The position numbers and the translations under genes are program-made. Below are positions 1 to 8,840 of a DNA stretch of 59,787 nt, piece after piece. Source of the stretch: Ignavibacteria bacterium (GTDB lineage Bacteria; Bacteroidota; Ignavibacteria; Tepidaquicellales; OLB5); contig JBHEKV010000165.1 in NCBI GenBank assembly GCA_041859235.1, forward strand, positions 1 to 59,787. The letters run 5' to 3'. Below the pieces are notes generated by a model. It was not told where the DNA came from and searched no databases. It saw only the letters and a list, made by a program, of their open reading frames with translations. Position 1 is the first letter of the stretch; every line of letters starts with the position of its first letter.

Positions 1-960
1 TAATCCTGTTTTATTTTCATCAACCATCTCCGCAAGTCCGCCGACGTTTGTGACAATTACCGGAAGATCGAAATGATACGCTATCCCAACAATTCCGCTT
101 TGCGTAGCAGTGCGGTATGGCAGGACGCAAACATCTGCCGCTGAAAAAAATACGGGAATTTCAGTTTCGGGTATGTATCTTACCTGAAGATTAATTTTGT
201 TTCTAATGCCAAGGGAATCGATCAGCTCATCATACTTCTTAAAATCACCATACACTTCTCCTGCAATCAACAATAAATATTCATTATCCAGATTTTTCAT
301 TGATTCGATAAGGAGGTCAAGCCCCTTGTAATCCCTGATGAATCCAAAAAACAATATTACCTTTTTGTCTTTGGGAATCTCCAGTTTTTTCTTTGCTGCA
401 TCCTGTGCAATTCTGCTGCCGTAATGGTCGTAGAGCGGGTGAGAGTGAATAATATACTTAGCATCCGGTTTTAATTCAAGCAGGTCCTTTTCGGAGGACT
501 TATTAAGCAGTACAAAGCCATCACATTTATTGAAGAAGTATTTTGTTAATGCTTCATCACCAAACCGTTTTTCATGTGCAATTACATTGTGCATCAGTCC
601 TATGACTTTGATACCACTCTTCTTAAGTAACCCGGCGACTTTACCAAGAGCGGGAGCAAAGAAAGGCATCCAGTAGCTTATCAGAACTATATCGGGTTTG
701 AATTTTATTATCTCTTTTGCTGTTTTATACCAGGTAAAGGGGTTAATGCTGTCAAGAACACGGGTTACGGGAATGTTGCGGTTCAGGTCACTTTCTGATA
801 CGTACTGGGTTTTACCCGGGAACAGTAAACCCGGATACTGACGTGTGAAAGAGAAGGCTTTCACCTCATTTTGTGGGGCAAGAGCCAGATAAAGCGAATC
901 GCCAAACTGTGCAATTCCCCCTCTGAACGGGTAAAACGGTGATAAAAATGCTATTCTCAT
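1..960 (-). CDS. Glycosyltransferase, GT-B group-1 (GT4-like). N-terminal 320 codons only; the 3' end runs off the window.
   Basis: Hand translation of the minus strand from the ATG at 958-960 gives MRIAFLSPFYPFRGGIAQFGDSLYLALAPQNEVKAF... It stays open to position 1 and ends ...PYRTATQSGIVGIAYHFDLPVIVTNVGGLAEMVDENKTGL, which is group-1 GT C-terminal E-x7-E type sequence. It is absent from the ORF track because it is truncated. Confidence 0.75.
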   Translation of the reverse strand, partial: MRIAFLSPFYPFRGGIAQFGDSLYLALAPQNEVKAFSFTRQYPGLLFPGKTQYVSESDLNRNIPVTRVLDSINPFTWYKTAKEIIKFKPDIVLISYWMPFFAPALGKVAGLLKKSGIKVIGLMHNVIAHEKRFGDEALTKYFFNKCDGFVLLNKSSEKDLLELKPDAKYIIHSHPLYDHYGSRIAQDAAKKKLEIPKDKKVILFFGFIRDYKGLDLLIESMKNLDNEYLLLIAGEVYGDFKKYDELIDSLGIRNKINLQVRYIPETEIPVFFSAADVCVLPYRTATQSGIVGIAYHFDLPVIVTNVGGLAEMVDENKTGL

Positions 961-1136
961 TAACGTAAATTCTTAAATAATTAGCACTTTTACAATTGAA
1001 TAAGTTTTGTATTATTCCGGGCGTTCTTTAATGACATTGGTCACAAAAAAGTATGACTTATATTATTTTATATAACACTATTAATCACTATTTTTACATT
1101 AACAAATTGTGAAATTTACTGAATAAATGTTGATTT

Positions 1137-1643
1137 ATGAGTGAAACACAGGAACAAATAGTTTGGGAAGGCTCTCAGTCTCAGGTACTTAACTTCGGGA
1201 TATTTATATCTATGGGGATAGTATCACTTGTTATTGTTGTATTAAGCTTGATGTTTTTCCCTTTAGCTGCGGTTCTTGTTATTTTTCCGCTGATATATAT
1301 TTTCATAAAATGGCTTATTGTAAGGAATCACAGGTATAAGGTCACCACAGAACGGATATTTTATACAACCGGCATTTTTTCAAAGAAAACCGAGGCATTG
1401 GAATTATACAGAGTAAGAGATGTTGATATGTATGAGCCCTTTTGGCAGAGATTGTTTAAACTTGGCAATGTTGCTTTGACTACCTCAGATAAGACTGCAA
1501 TGAACTTCCTGCTTAAGGCTGTTCCAAATCCCGGTGAGCTTATGAATAACATCAGAAAAAATGTTGAGCAAAGGCGTGATGTAAAACGTGTAAGGGGAGT
1601 TGAATTCCTTGATGATGAAGATACTGTCGAAAATCTGGGTTAA
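1137..1643 (+). CDS. Membrane protein with a bacterial PH domain (bPH_2 / YdbS-YdbT-like)
   Basis: Two N-terminal TM helices are followed by YKVTTERIFYTTGIFSKKTEALELYRVRDVDMYEPFWQRLFKLGNVALTTSD, typical of the bPH_2 family. Confidence 0.65.
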   Translation: MSETQEQIVWEGSQSQVLNFGIFISMGIVSLVIVVLSLMFFPLAAVLVIFPLIYIFIKWLIVRNHRYKVTTERIFYTTGIFSKKTEALELYRVRDVDMYEPFWQRLFKLGNVALTTSDKTAMNFLLKAVPNPGELMNNIRKNVEQRRDVKRVRGVEFLDDEDTVENLG

Positions 1644-1663
1644 TGTTTCTGAAAAATTAAATT

Positions 1664-2317
1664 ATGGATAAATTTTTAAAATACGGTTTATTTGTTTGGC
1701 TTACAGTTGTAATATGCTTTGCAATTGCTGCGCCAATTCCCGCTGTTGGCAATATGGGCGAGCGCGCAAGGATACTTTATTTCCATGTGCCTACTGCATG
1801 GGTCAGCACAGTTGCATTTGTAATGGCGCTTGTTTACGGCGCGCAGTACATCCGTAAGCGTGATATTTTGTATGATTACAAAGCCGCATCATCAGCAGCG
1901 CTGGGATTGATCTTTGCAGTTCTTGCAACAGTTACAGGAGCTATCTGGGCAAAGTTTGAATGGGGCGCTTTCTGGAACTGGGATCCGAGACAAACATCAA
2001 TATTTGTACTTATACTGGTTTACGGCGCATACTTCGCGCTTCGAAGCGCAATTGAATCAGAAGAACAGAGAGCCAAGCTCTCATCTGTCTATTCAATACT
2101 TGCGGGAATCACAGTGCCATTCTTTATATTTATTTTTCCCAGAATAGTTGATTCGCTTCACCCGGATCCGATCGTCAATTCAACCGGCAAAGTAAAGATG
2201 AATACCAGCATGCTGATAGTTTTCCTTAGCTCCCTTGCAGGATTTACAGGACTTTACGCATGGATGCTGAATTTAAGGATCAGAATTGCTAAACTGAATT
2301 TAAAGGAGAGCCGCTGA
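1664..2317 (+). CDS. ccmC: Heme exporter / cytochrome c maturation protein CcmC
   Basis: Polytopic membrane protein with the Trp-rich WGAFWNWDPRQT motif (WGxxWxWDxR) and the conserved LYFHVP His. Confidence 0.85.
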   Translation: MDKFLKYGLFVWLTVVICFAIAAPIPAVGNMGERARILYFHVPTAWVSTVAFVMALVYGAQYIRKRDILYDYKAASSAALGLIFAVLATVTGAIWAKFEWGAFWNWDPRQTSIFVLILVYGAYFALRSAIESEEQRAKLSSVYSILAGITVPFFIFIFPRIVDSLHPDPIVNSTGKVKMNTSMLIVFLSSLAGFTGLYAWMLNLRIRIAKLNLKESR

Positions 2318-2439
2318 TGGATTTTTTAGGACAGAATCAGAATTATATAGTACTCGGTGTAACACTTATTCTATGGCTGGGTGTTTTCCTTTATATGCTT
2401 TCACTTGATAAGAAATTAAAAAATATCGAAAAGGATTAA
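2317..2439 (+). CDS. ccmD: CcmD-like small membrane protein (40 aa)
   Basis: Not in the ORF track because it is too short. The ATG at 2317 overlaps the ccmC TGA by 1 nt. Product MDFLGQNQNYIVLGVTLILWLGVFLYMLSLDKKLKNIEKD has a single TM helix and a basic tail. Its position between ccmC and ccmE matches CcmD. Confidence 0.5.
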   Translation: MDFLGQNQNYIVLGVTLILWLGVFLYMLSLDKKLKNIEKD

Positions 2440-2444
2440 TTCTA

Positions 2445-2732
2445 ATGGATGATATAATTTTGGAATTTAACTCACTCATACTTAAAGAAGAAGACGGTGG
2501 ATTTAGTTCCTTATGTATTGATCTCGATGTTGCTTCCCAGGGTGAAACAATAGAAGAAGCAAAAGCTATGCTTGTTGAAGCTGTTGAAGGATATATTGAG
2601 GTTTCCATAGAAAAGAACTTATCTTTTTTAAGACCGGTACCGGATGAAGCAAACCCGGAGATGATAGCTCCGGAAAGTGTTGTCGAAAAGTTTAAGATTA
2701 AAACTGATCTAAAGATACATTCATATGCCTAA
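2445..2732 (+). CDS. hicB: HicB-family antitoxin (UPF0150-type fold)
   Basis: LILKEEDGGFSSLCIDLDVASQGETIEEAKAMLVEAVEGYIE matches the HicB N-terminal domain. It overlaps the downstream hicA by 8 nt. Confidence 0.75.
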   Translation: MDDIILEFNSLILKEEDGGFSSLCIDLDVASQGETIEEAKAMLVEAVEGYIEVSIEKNLSFLRPVPDEANPEMIAPESVVEKFKIKTDLKIHSYA

Positions 2733-2952
2733 GCTTCCATCTGTAAAACCAAAAGAACTTATTAAGTTATTAAATAAGTTAGGATACGAAGAAGTAAGGC
2801 AAACAGGCAGCCATAAACAGTTTAAGAAATCAGGTATACCCGGGATTGTTACAGTAGCTTTTCATAATAAGGATATAAAACAGATTACTTTAAGGTCAAT
2901 TATCAGGCAGGCGGGACTAACAGCAGAAGAATTTATAAAATTAATTAATTAA
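2725..2952 (+). CDS. hicA: HicA-family mRNA interferase toxin
   Basis: MPKLPSVKPKELIKLLNKLGYEEVRQTGSHKQFKK... carries the GSH catalytic-His motif and has the ~75-aa size typical of HicA/YcfA. Confidence 0.85.
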   Translation: MPKLPSVKPKELIKLLNKLGYEEVRQTGSHKQFKKSGIPGIVTVAFHNKDIKQITLRSIIRQAGLTAEEFIKLIN

Positions 2953-2956
2953 TATC

Positions 2957-3349
2957 ATGAACAAACGTTATATTATCGGTGCCATCATTATCGTAGTTTT
3001 CATTGTGGTTGGTTTCTTCGCTTTTGTTGATACAAAAGTGGAGTATGCAAATTTCCAGCATGCATCAGAAACTCACAAAAAAACCCAGGTTAAAGGCACA
3101 TGGGTTAAAGAAAAAGACGCTAAATTTGACGCTGCAACCAATAAGTTCACATTCTATATGAAAGATGAAAGTAATGTGGAAATGAAAGTTATCTTAGACG
3201 GGGCTGAGCCGAATAATTTCAAAATGGCTGAAAGCGTTGTTGCAAAAGGAAAGATCAAAGACGGAAGTTTCCATGCGACCGAAGTGTTAACAAAATGTCC
3301 TTCAAAATATGAAGGCGATGGCCAGGATGTAAAGAAATCAAGCATGTAA
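2957..3349 (+). CDS. ccmE: Cytochrome c maturation heme chaperone CcmE, CxxxY variant
   Basis: N-terminal TM anchor plus an OB-fold-like body. The C-terminal ATEVLTKCPSKYE aligns with E. coli KEVLAKHDENY, with Cys (codon 114, nt 3296-3298) in place of the heme-binding His. Confidence 0.8.
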   Translation: MNKRYIIGAIIIVVFIVVGFFAFVDTKVEYANFQHASETHKKTQVKGTWVKEKDAKFDAATNKFTFYMKDESNVEMKVILDGAEPNNFKMAESVVAKGKIKDGSFHATEVLTKCPSKYEGDGQDVKKSSM

Positions 3350-3350
3350 T

Positions 3351-3632
3351 TTGGGTAAACTCTTAATTTTTTCAAAGTATGTGTTATTCGTTTTTTCGGG
3401 TGATATTAATGAAAAAAGAAAACACATTCACATTAGGGACAAAAAAGGAAGAATTAACCGGTTGTGCAAGTTCTGGATTCAGCCGGAAATTGAGTTAGCA
3501 AATAATCATGGATTTAATAAAGCTGAAGTTAACGAAATAAAAAAACTGGTAACTTCAAATATCGAAATAATTAAAATTCAGTTAAAAGCATTTCATGCTG
3601 GTAAAAAAGTCAAATCAATTATCGTCGGTTAA
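3351..3632 (+). CDS. DUF4160 domain protein
   Basis: The TTG start lies 1 nt after the ccmE stop. IFSKYVLFVFSGDINEKRKHIHIR resembles the DUF4160 N-terminal signature (..F.G..I.MY..DH.PPHFHV). Confidence 0.65.
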   Translation: MGKLLIFSKYVLFVFSGDINEKRKHIHIRDKKGRINRLCKFWIQPEIELANNHGFNKAEVNEIKKLVTSNIEIIKIQLKAFHAGKKVKSIIVG

Positions 3633-3669
3633 AAAAATTCATCATAAAAGGGAACAACCTGTTTTAAGA

Positions 3670-3882
3670 ATGATAAAAGTGGATTTTGATAAAGATACTA
3701 TGCGAATACACCTGCATGGCGGCAGAATTCTTTCTATACCTGTAAATAAGTTTCCTGAAATAAAAAAACTCAGCACTTCACAAAGAAAATCATATCATAT
3801 ATCAGGAGGTATTAGTCTGGATTTTGATGATAGCGATGAAGTGTATCATATCAATGAATTGCTGGGAATAGAATTGAACTAG
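3670..3882 (+). CDS. DUF2442 domain protein
   Basis: The track ORF is 3595-3882. I prefer the internal ATG at 3670 (MIKVDFDKDTMRIHLHGGRILSIPVNKFPEIKKLS...GISLDFDDSDEVYHINELLG), which gives the usual ~70-aa DUF2442 and removes most of the overlap with the DUF4160 gene. Confidence 0.6.
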   Translation: MIKVDFDKDTMRIHLHGGRILSIPVNKFPEIKKLSTSQRKSYHISGGISLDFDDSDEVYHINELLGIELN

Positions 3883-3910
3883 ATCAAGATTCCTGTACCG
3901 AAATAAAAAA

Positions 3911-3935
3911 AGCCCAGTTTTACCGGGCTTTTTTG
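3911..3935. terminator. Bidirectional rho-independent terminator between the convergent DUF2442 gene and pyrG
   Basis: AGCCCAG-TTTTA-CCGGGCT hairpin with an A-run on the left and a T-run on the right. Confidence 0.7.
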
Positions 3936-3954
3936 TTGTATAATTCTAAAATCA

Positions 3955-3978
3955 TTTCCAAAACTCCAGTTTGGGAAA
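3955..3978. repeat. REP-like palindrome, family A (TTTCCaAAACT-CC-AGTTTGGGAAA)
   Basis: Near-perfect 11-bp inverted repeat. It has the same core (CCCAAACTnnAGTTTGGG) as the copies at 38574-38599 and 39301-39324 that flank the RAYT gene. Confidence 0.7.
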
Positions 3979-3991
3979 CTATATTCTTAAC

Positions 3992-5689
<1,698 letters not shown>

Positions 5690-6448
5690 TTATATTAATT
5701 TTTTTATCTTTCTCAAATCAGCTTGTGTATCAACCGAATGAGAATCTATTTTCGTTTCTACTACCTTAATTTTTTCACCTGATTCCAATACTCTTAGCTG
5801 TTCAAGTTTTTCGGTTAGCTCCAGTTTTGATGGCTTCATCTTTATCAGTTTAAGCAGGTAATCTTTGCGGTACACATAGAGCCCAATATGCTTATAGTGA
5901 TCTGTTTTGATATTATCCCTGTTAAACGGGATCATACTCCTAGAGAAGTATAAAGCGTTGTTAGTTGAATCAAATACTACTTTAACAACATTGGGGTTAT
6001 TTACTTCTTTATATTCAGATATATTAAAACATAATGTTGAAACATTTATGTTTTTATCTTTAATTAACGGCTCAATCGCTTTATCAATATTCCGTGGATC
6101 TATCACAGGCTCATCGCCCTGGATGTTAACCACAATATCACATTTAATTTTCTTTACTGCTTCTCCGATTCTATCAGTGCCGCTTTTATGCGATTTAGAT
6201 GTCATTACCACATTACCACCGAATTTAATCACGGCGTCAAATATACGCTTATCATCAGTTGCGACTATAACTTCGCTCAGCAGTTTAGCCCTCAGGCACT
6301 TTTCGTAAACGTGCTGTATCATCGGTTTTCCGTGTATCATTGCAAGGGCTTTTGCAGGCAGCCGTGTAGAACCATATCTTGCGGGAATGACTCCAATAAC
6401 TATTAATTCTTTTTTGCTTTTTGCCTTCTGCCTTTTCACTTTCTTCAC
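5690..6448 (-). CDS. kdsB: 3-deoxy-manno-octulosonate cytidylyltransferase (CMP-KDO synthetase)
   Basis: VIGVIPARYGSTRLPAKALAMIHGKPMIQHV and IVVNIQGDEP motifs. It abuts the gatC stop. Confidence 0.9.
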   Translation of the reverse strand: MKKVKRQKAKSKKELIVIGVIPARYGSTRLPAKALAMIHGKPMIQHVYEKCLRAKLLSEVIVATDDKRIFDAVIKFGGNVVMTSKSHKSGTDRIGEAVKKIKCDIVVNIQGDEPVIDPRNIDKAIEPLIKDKNINVSTLCFNISEYKEVNNPNVVKVVFDSTNNALYFSRSMIPFNRDNIKTDHYKHIGLYVYRKDYLLKLIKMKPSKLELTEKLEQLRVLESGEKIKVVETKIDSHSVDTQADLRKIKKLI

Positions 6449-6742
6449 TTACTTATCAAGAACTTTTGGTACCTTAAAGAAATTCTCGGTTTTCTCCGGT
6501 GCGTTCTTCAAAGCTTCTTCTTTGGTCAGGCATTTTTCCGAAACATCTTCCCTGAAAACATTTTCAGTATCATTTATGTTCTCCAGCGGCTTCACATCTT
6601 CAAGCCCGGGTATCTGATTTATAGTATCAATATATCCCAATACCTCGTTCATTTCACCCTGGAGCTTTGTTTTCTCTTCTTCGGTGAATTTAAGCTTCGC
6701 AAGCTTCGCAATTTTTTCAACATCTTTTATTGTTACTGACAT
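6449..6742 (-). CDS. gatC: Asp/Glu-tRNA amidotransferase subunit C
   Basis: 97 aa. IKDVEKIAKLAKLKFTEEEKTKLQGEMNEVLGYID is typical of GatC. Confidence 0.9.
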   Translation of the reverse strand: MSVTIKDVEKIAKLAKLKFTEEEKTKLQGEMNEVLGYIDTINQIPGLEDVKPLENINDTENVFREDVSEKCLTKEEALKNAPEKTENFFKVPKVLDK

Positions 6743-6771
6743 AATCTATTGTCTGTGTAGCTATTTTGTGA

Positions 6772-7455
6772 TTATCCTAAATTCTTAATTACTGTATCAC
6801 GTATCTCACCAAGCAGCTCTTTGTCCTTTCGGTACTGAATTGGTTTACCGATCACCATATTTACAACTCCCGGTTTTACCTTTGATGAACCCAGGGGCAT
6901 TATCTCAAATGTTCCCTTCAATGAAACGGGAATAATATCAGCTTTTGATTTATCTGCCAGAAAGAACATTCCCTTTTTGAATTCACCTACATTGCCATCC
7001 TGTGTTCTGGTGCCTTCAGGATAAATGACAACTGATAACCCTTTTCTTACTCTTTCAGCTGCTTTATCAAGCGATTTCATCGCCTCACGCACTTTGTCAC
7101 GGTTCAAGGCTACAAATCCCGCGCAATACATAGCCCACCCTAAAATAGGTACGCGGTTAATTTCCTTTTTATATATCATGCGCACGTTATCGGGGAGCTT
7201 TGCAAGCTGAACAAATATATCCATATAACTTGCGTGGTTGCTTATATATATCTTGCCTTTTGCGGGGTCAATATTTTCTGCACCGGTAACATTAACCTTT
7301 ATGCCATAAATGAAAAGAACAATGTTAGTCCAAATTTTCATTAAGGGATTGGACAGTTTATTGCGGTAATCGAAAGGGTATATTAATATAGATAGTATGG
7401 CTACCAATAAAGAATAAAGGATCACAATAAAATTTTTTATCAGCCACATATTCAC
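6772..7455 (-). CDS. plsC: 1-acyl-sn-glycerol-3-phosphate acyltransferase (PlsC family)
   Basis: NHASYMD (HX4D) and YPEGTRT motifs, plus an N-terminal TM segment. Confidence 0.85.
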   Translation of the reverse strand: MNMWLIKNFIVILYSLLVAILSILIYPFDYRNKLSNPLMKIWTNIVLFIYGIKVNVTGAENIDPAKGKIYISNHASYMDIFVQLAKLPDNVRMIYKKEINRVPILGWAMYCAGFVALNRDKVREAMKSLDKAAERVRKGLSVVIYPEGTRTQDGNVGEFKKGMFFLADKSKADIIPVSLKGTFEIMPLGSSKVKPGVVNMVIGKPIQYRKDKELLGEIRDTVIKNLG

Positions 7456-7654
7456 AAAAATACAAAAATATTTCCACTGAAAATATAACTCCGTTCAAAT
7501 TACACAGGGATGCTATATTTTTATATCCTGCAATTATACATATTTAAAAATTAGGGATAAATTTATAAACTTTTTCATATACTTTTTTATGGTATATTCG
7601 TATCTAACCTAATAGCCACTAATAGTAACTCGCGGCTAGTAAATTAACAAATAA

Positions 7655-8752
7655 TTGAAACAAAACAGGAAAGTATATCTACGTTTAGCTAACGGTAAAA
7701 CCTTTGCGGGATATAGTTTCGGAAAATACGGCAATTCCGATGGGGAAGTGGTATTTACCACGGGAATGACCGGCTACCCCGAATCGCTCACTGATCCTTC
7801 ATATTCAGGTCAAATACTTGTTTTTACATATCCTTTGATTGGCAATTACGGAATCCCGCATTTTGAGCGGGATGATTCAGCTAAAACTATTCAAAACGGG
7901 TTTGAATCCGGCAGGATCCAGGTTCGCGGAATGATAATTTCCAATTACAGCTTTGAGTACAGCCATTTTGATGCCACCGGTTCTTTACATACCTGGCTTC
8001 AGGAAAATGAAATACCCGGAATTTACGGAATAGATACACGCGAACTTACCAAAACACTCAGGACAACCGGTGTTATGCTTGGCAGAATTACCACCGAACC
8101 GGGTGATGAAAACACGGAGATCATTGATCCTAACGAAACAGATCTTGCCGGTATGGTCGGAGTTAAAGAGCCTGTAATTTATTCACCCAAAAAGAACAAG
8201 AATCCCAAAAAAATACTGCTTATTGATTGCGGCGTTAAAAATAACATTATACGCAACTTTGTTAACCGCGGGGCAGAAGTTATCCGGGTACCGCTTGGGT
8301 ATGACCCAATGACCTCAGAATATGAGTTTGACGGAATATTCGTTTCAAACGGGCCCGGCGACCCCAAAATGTGCACTGCAACTATTGATAATCTGAAAAG
8401 ATCATTCAGCCTGAATAAACCGATATTCGGGATTTGCTTAGGCAGCCAGATACTTGGCCTTTCAGCAGGTGCTGATACATACAAGCTTAAGTTCGGACAT
8501 CGTTCACAAAACCAGCCATGCATTGAAGTTGGAGGGCACTGTTACATCACTTCCCAAAATCATGGTTATGCTGTTGATACAAAAACATTGCCGCAGGATT
8601 GGTCTGAGTGGTTCATTAACAACAATGATGGCACCAACGAAGGCGTTAAGCATAATTCAAAACCGTTCTTTGCAGTGCAGTTCCACCCTGAGTCATCACC
8701 GGGTCCGAATGATACAGGCTGGCTGTTTGATAAGTTTATTGAGATGTTATAA
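7655..8752 (+). CDS. carA: Carbamoyl-phosphate synthase small (glutaminase) subunit
   Basis: 365 aa. VFTTGMTGYPESLTDPSY, GICLGSQ and VQFHPE motifs. TTG start in the track. Confidence 0.95.
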   Translation: MKQNRKVYLRLANGKTFAGYSFGKYGNSDGEVVFTTGMTGYPESLTDPSYSGQILVFTYPLIGNYGIPHFERDDSAKTIQNGFESGRIQVRGMIISNYSFEYSHFDATGSLHTWLQENEIPGIYGIDTRELTKTLRTTGVMLGRITTEPGDENTEIIDPNETDLAGMVGVKEPVIYSPKKNKNPKKILLIDCGVKNNIIRNFVNRGAEVIRVPLGYDPMTSEYEFDGIFVSNGPGDPKMCTATIDNLKRSFSLNKPIFGICLGSQILGLSAGADTYKLKFGHRSQNQPCIEVGGHCYITSQNHGYAVDTKTLPQDWSEWFINNNDGTNEGVKHNSKPFFAVQFHPESSPGPNDTGWLFDKFIEML

Positions 8753-8766
8753 GACCCCACCTAAAT

Positions 8767-8783
8767 CCTCCCCGAAGGGGAGG
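8767..8783. other. Perfect hairpin CCTCCCC-GAA-GGGGAGG in the carA-carB spacer
   Basis: 7-bp GC-rich stem seen directly, 15 nt after the carA stop. Only a weak T-tract follows. Confidence 0.6.
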
Positions 8784-8815
8784 ACTTTTAAAGCGGAAAG
8801 ACAAAAATAATTTAT

Positions 8816-8840
8816 GGATTCCCGCATTCACGGGAATGAC
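8816..8840. repeat. Hairpin repeat family D (GGATTCCCGC-ATTCA-CGGGAATGAC)
   Basis: Same architecture as 43864-43888 (GGATACCTGC-TTTC-GCAGGTATGAC). The carB ATG (8836-8838) sits in the 3' arm. Confidence 0.65.

Noticed and set aside
3595-3669. N-terminal extension of the DUF2442 ORF.
   Set aside because: It overlaps the DUF4160 gene by 38 nt and adds a basic non-homologous leader. The internal ATG at 3670 fits the family length.
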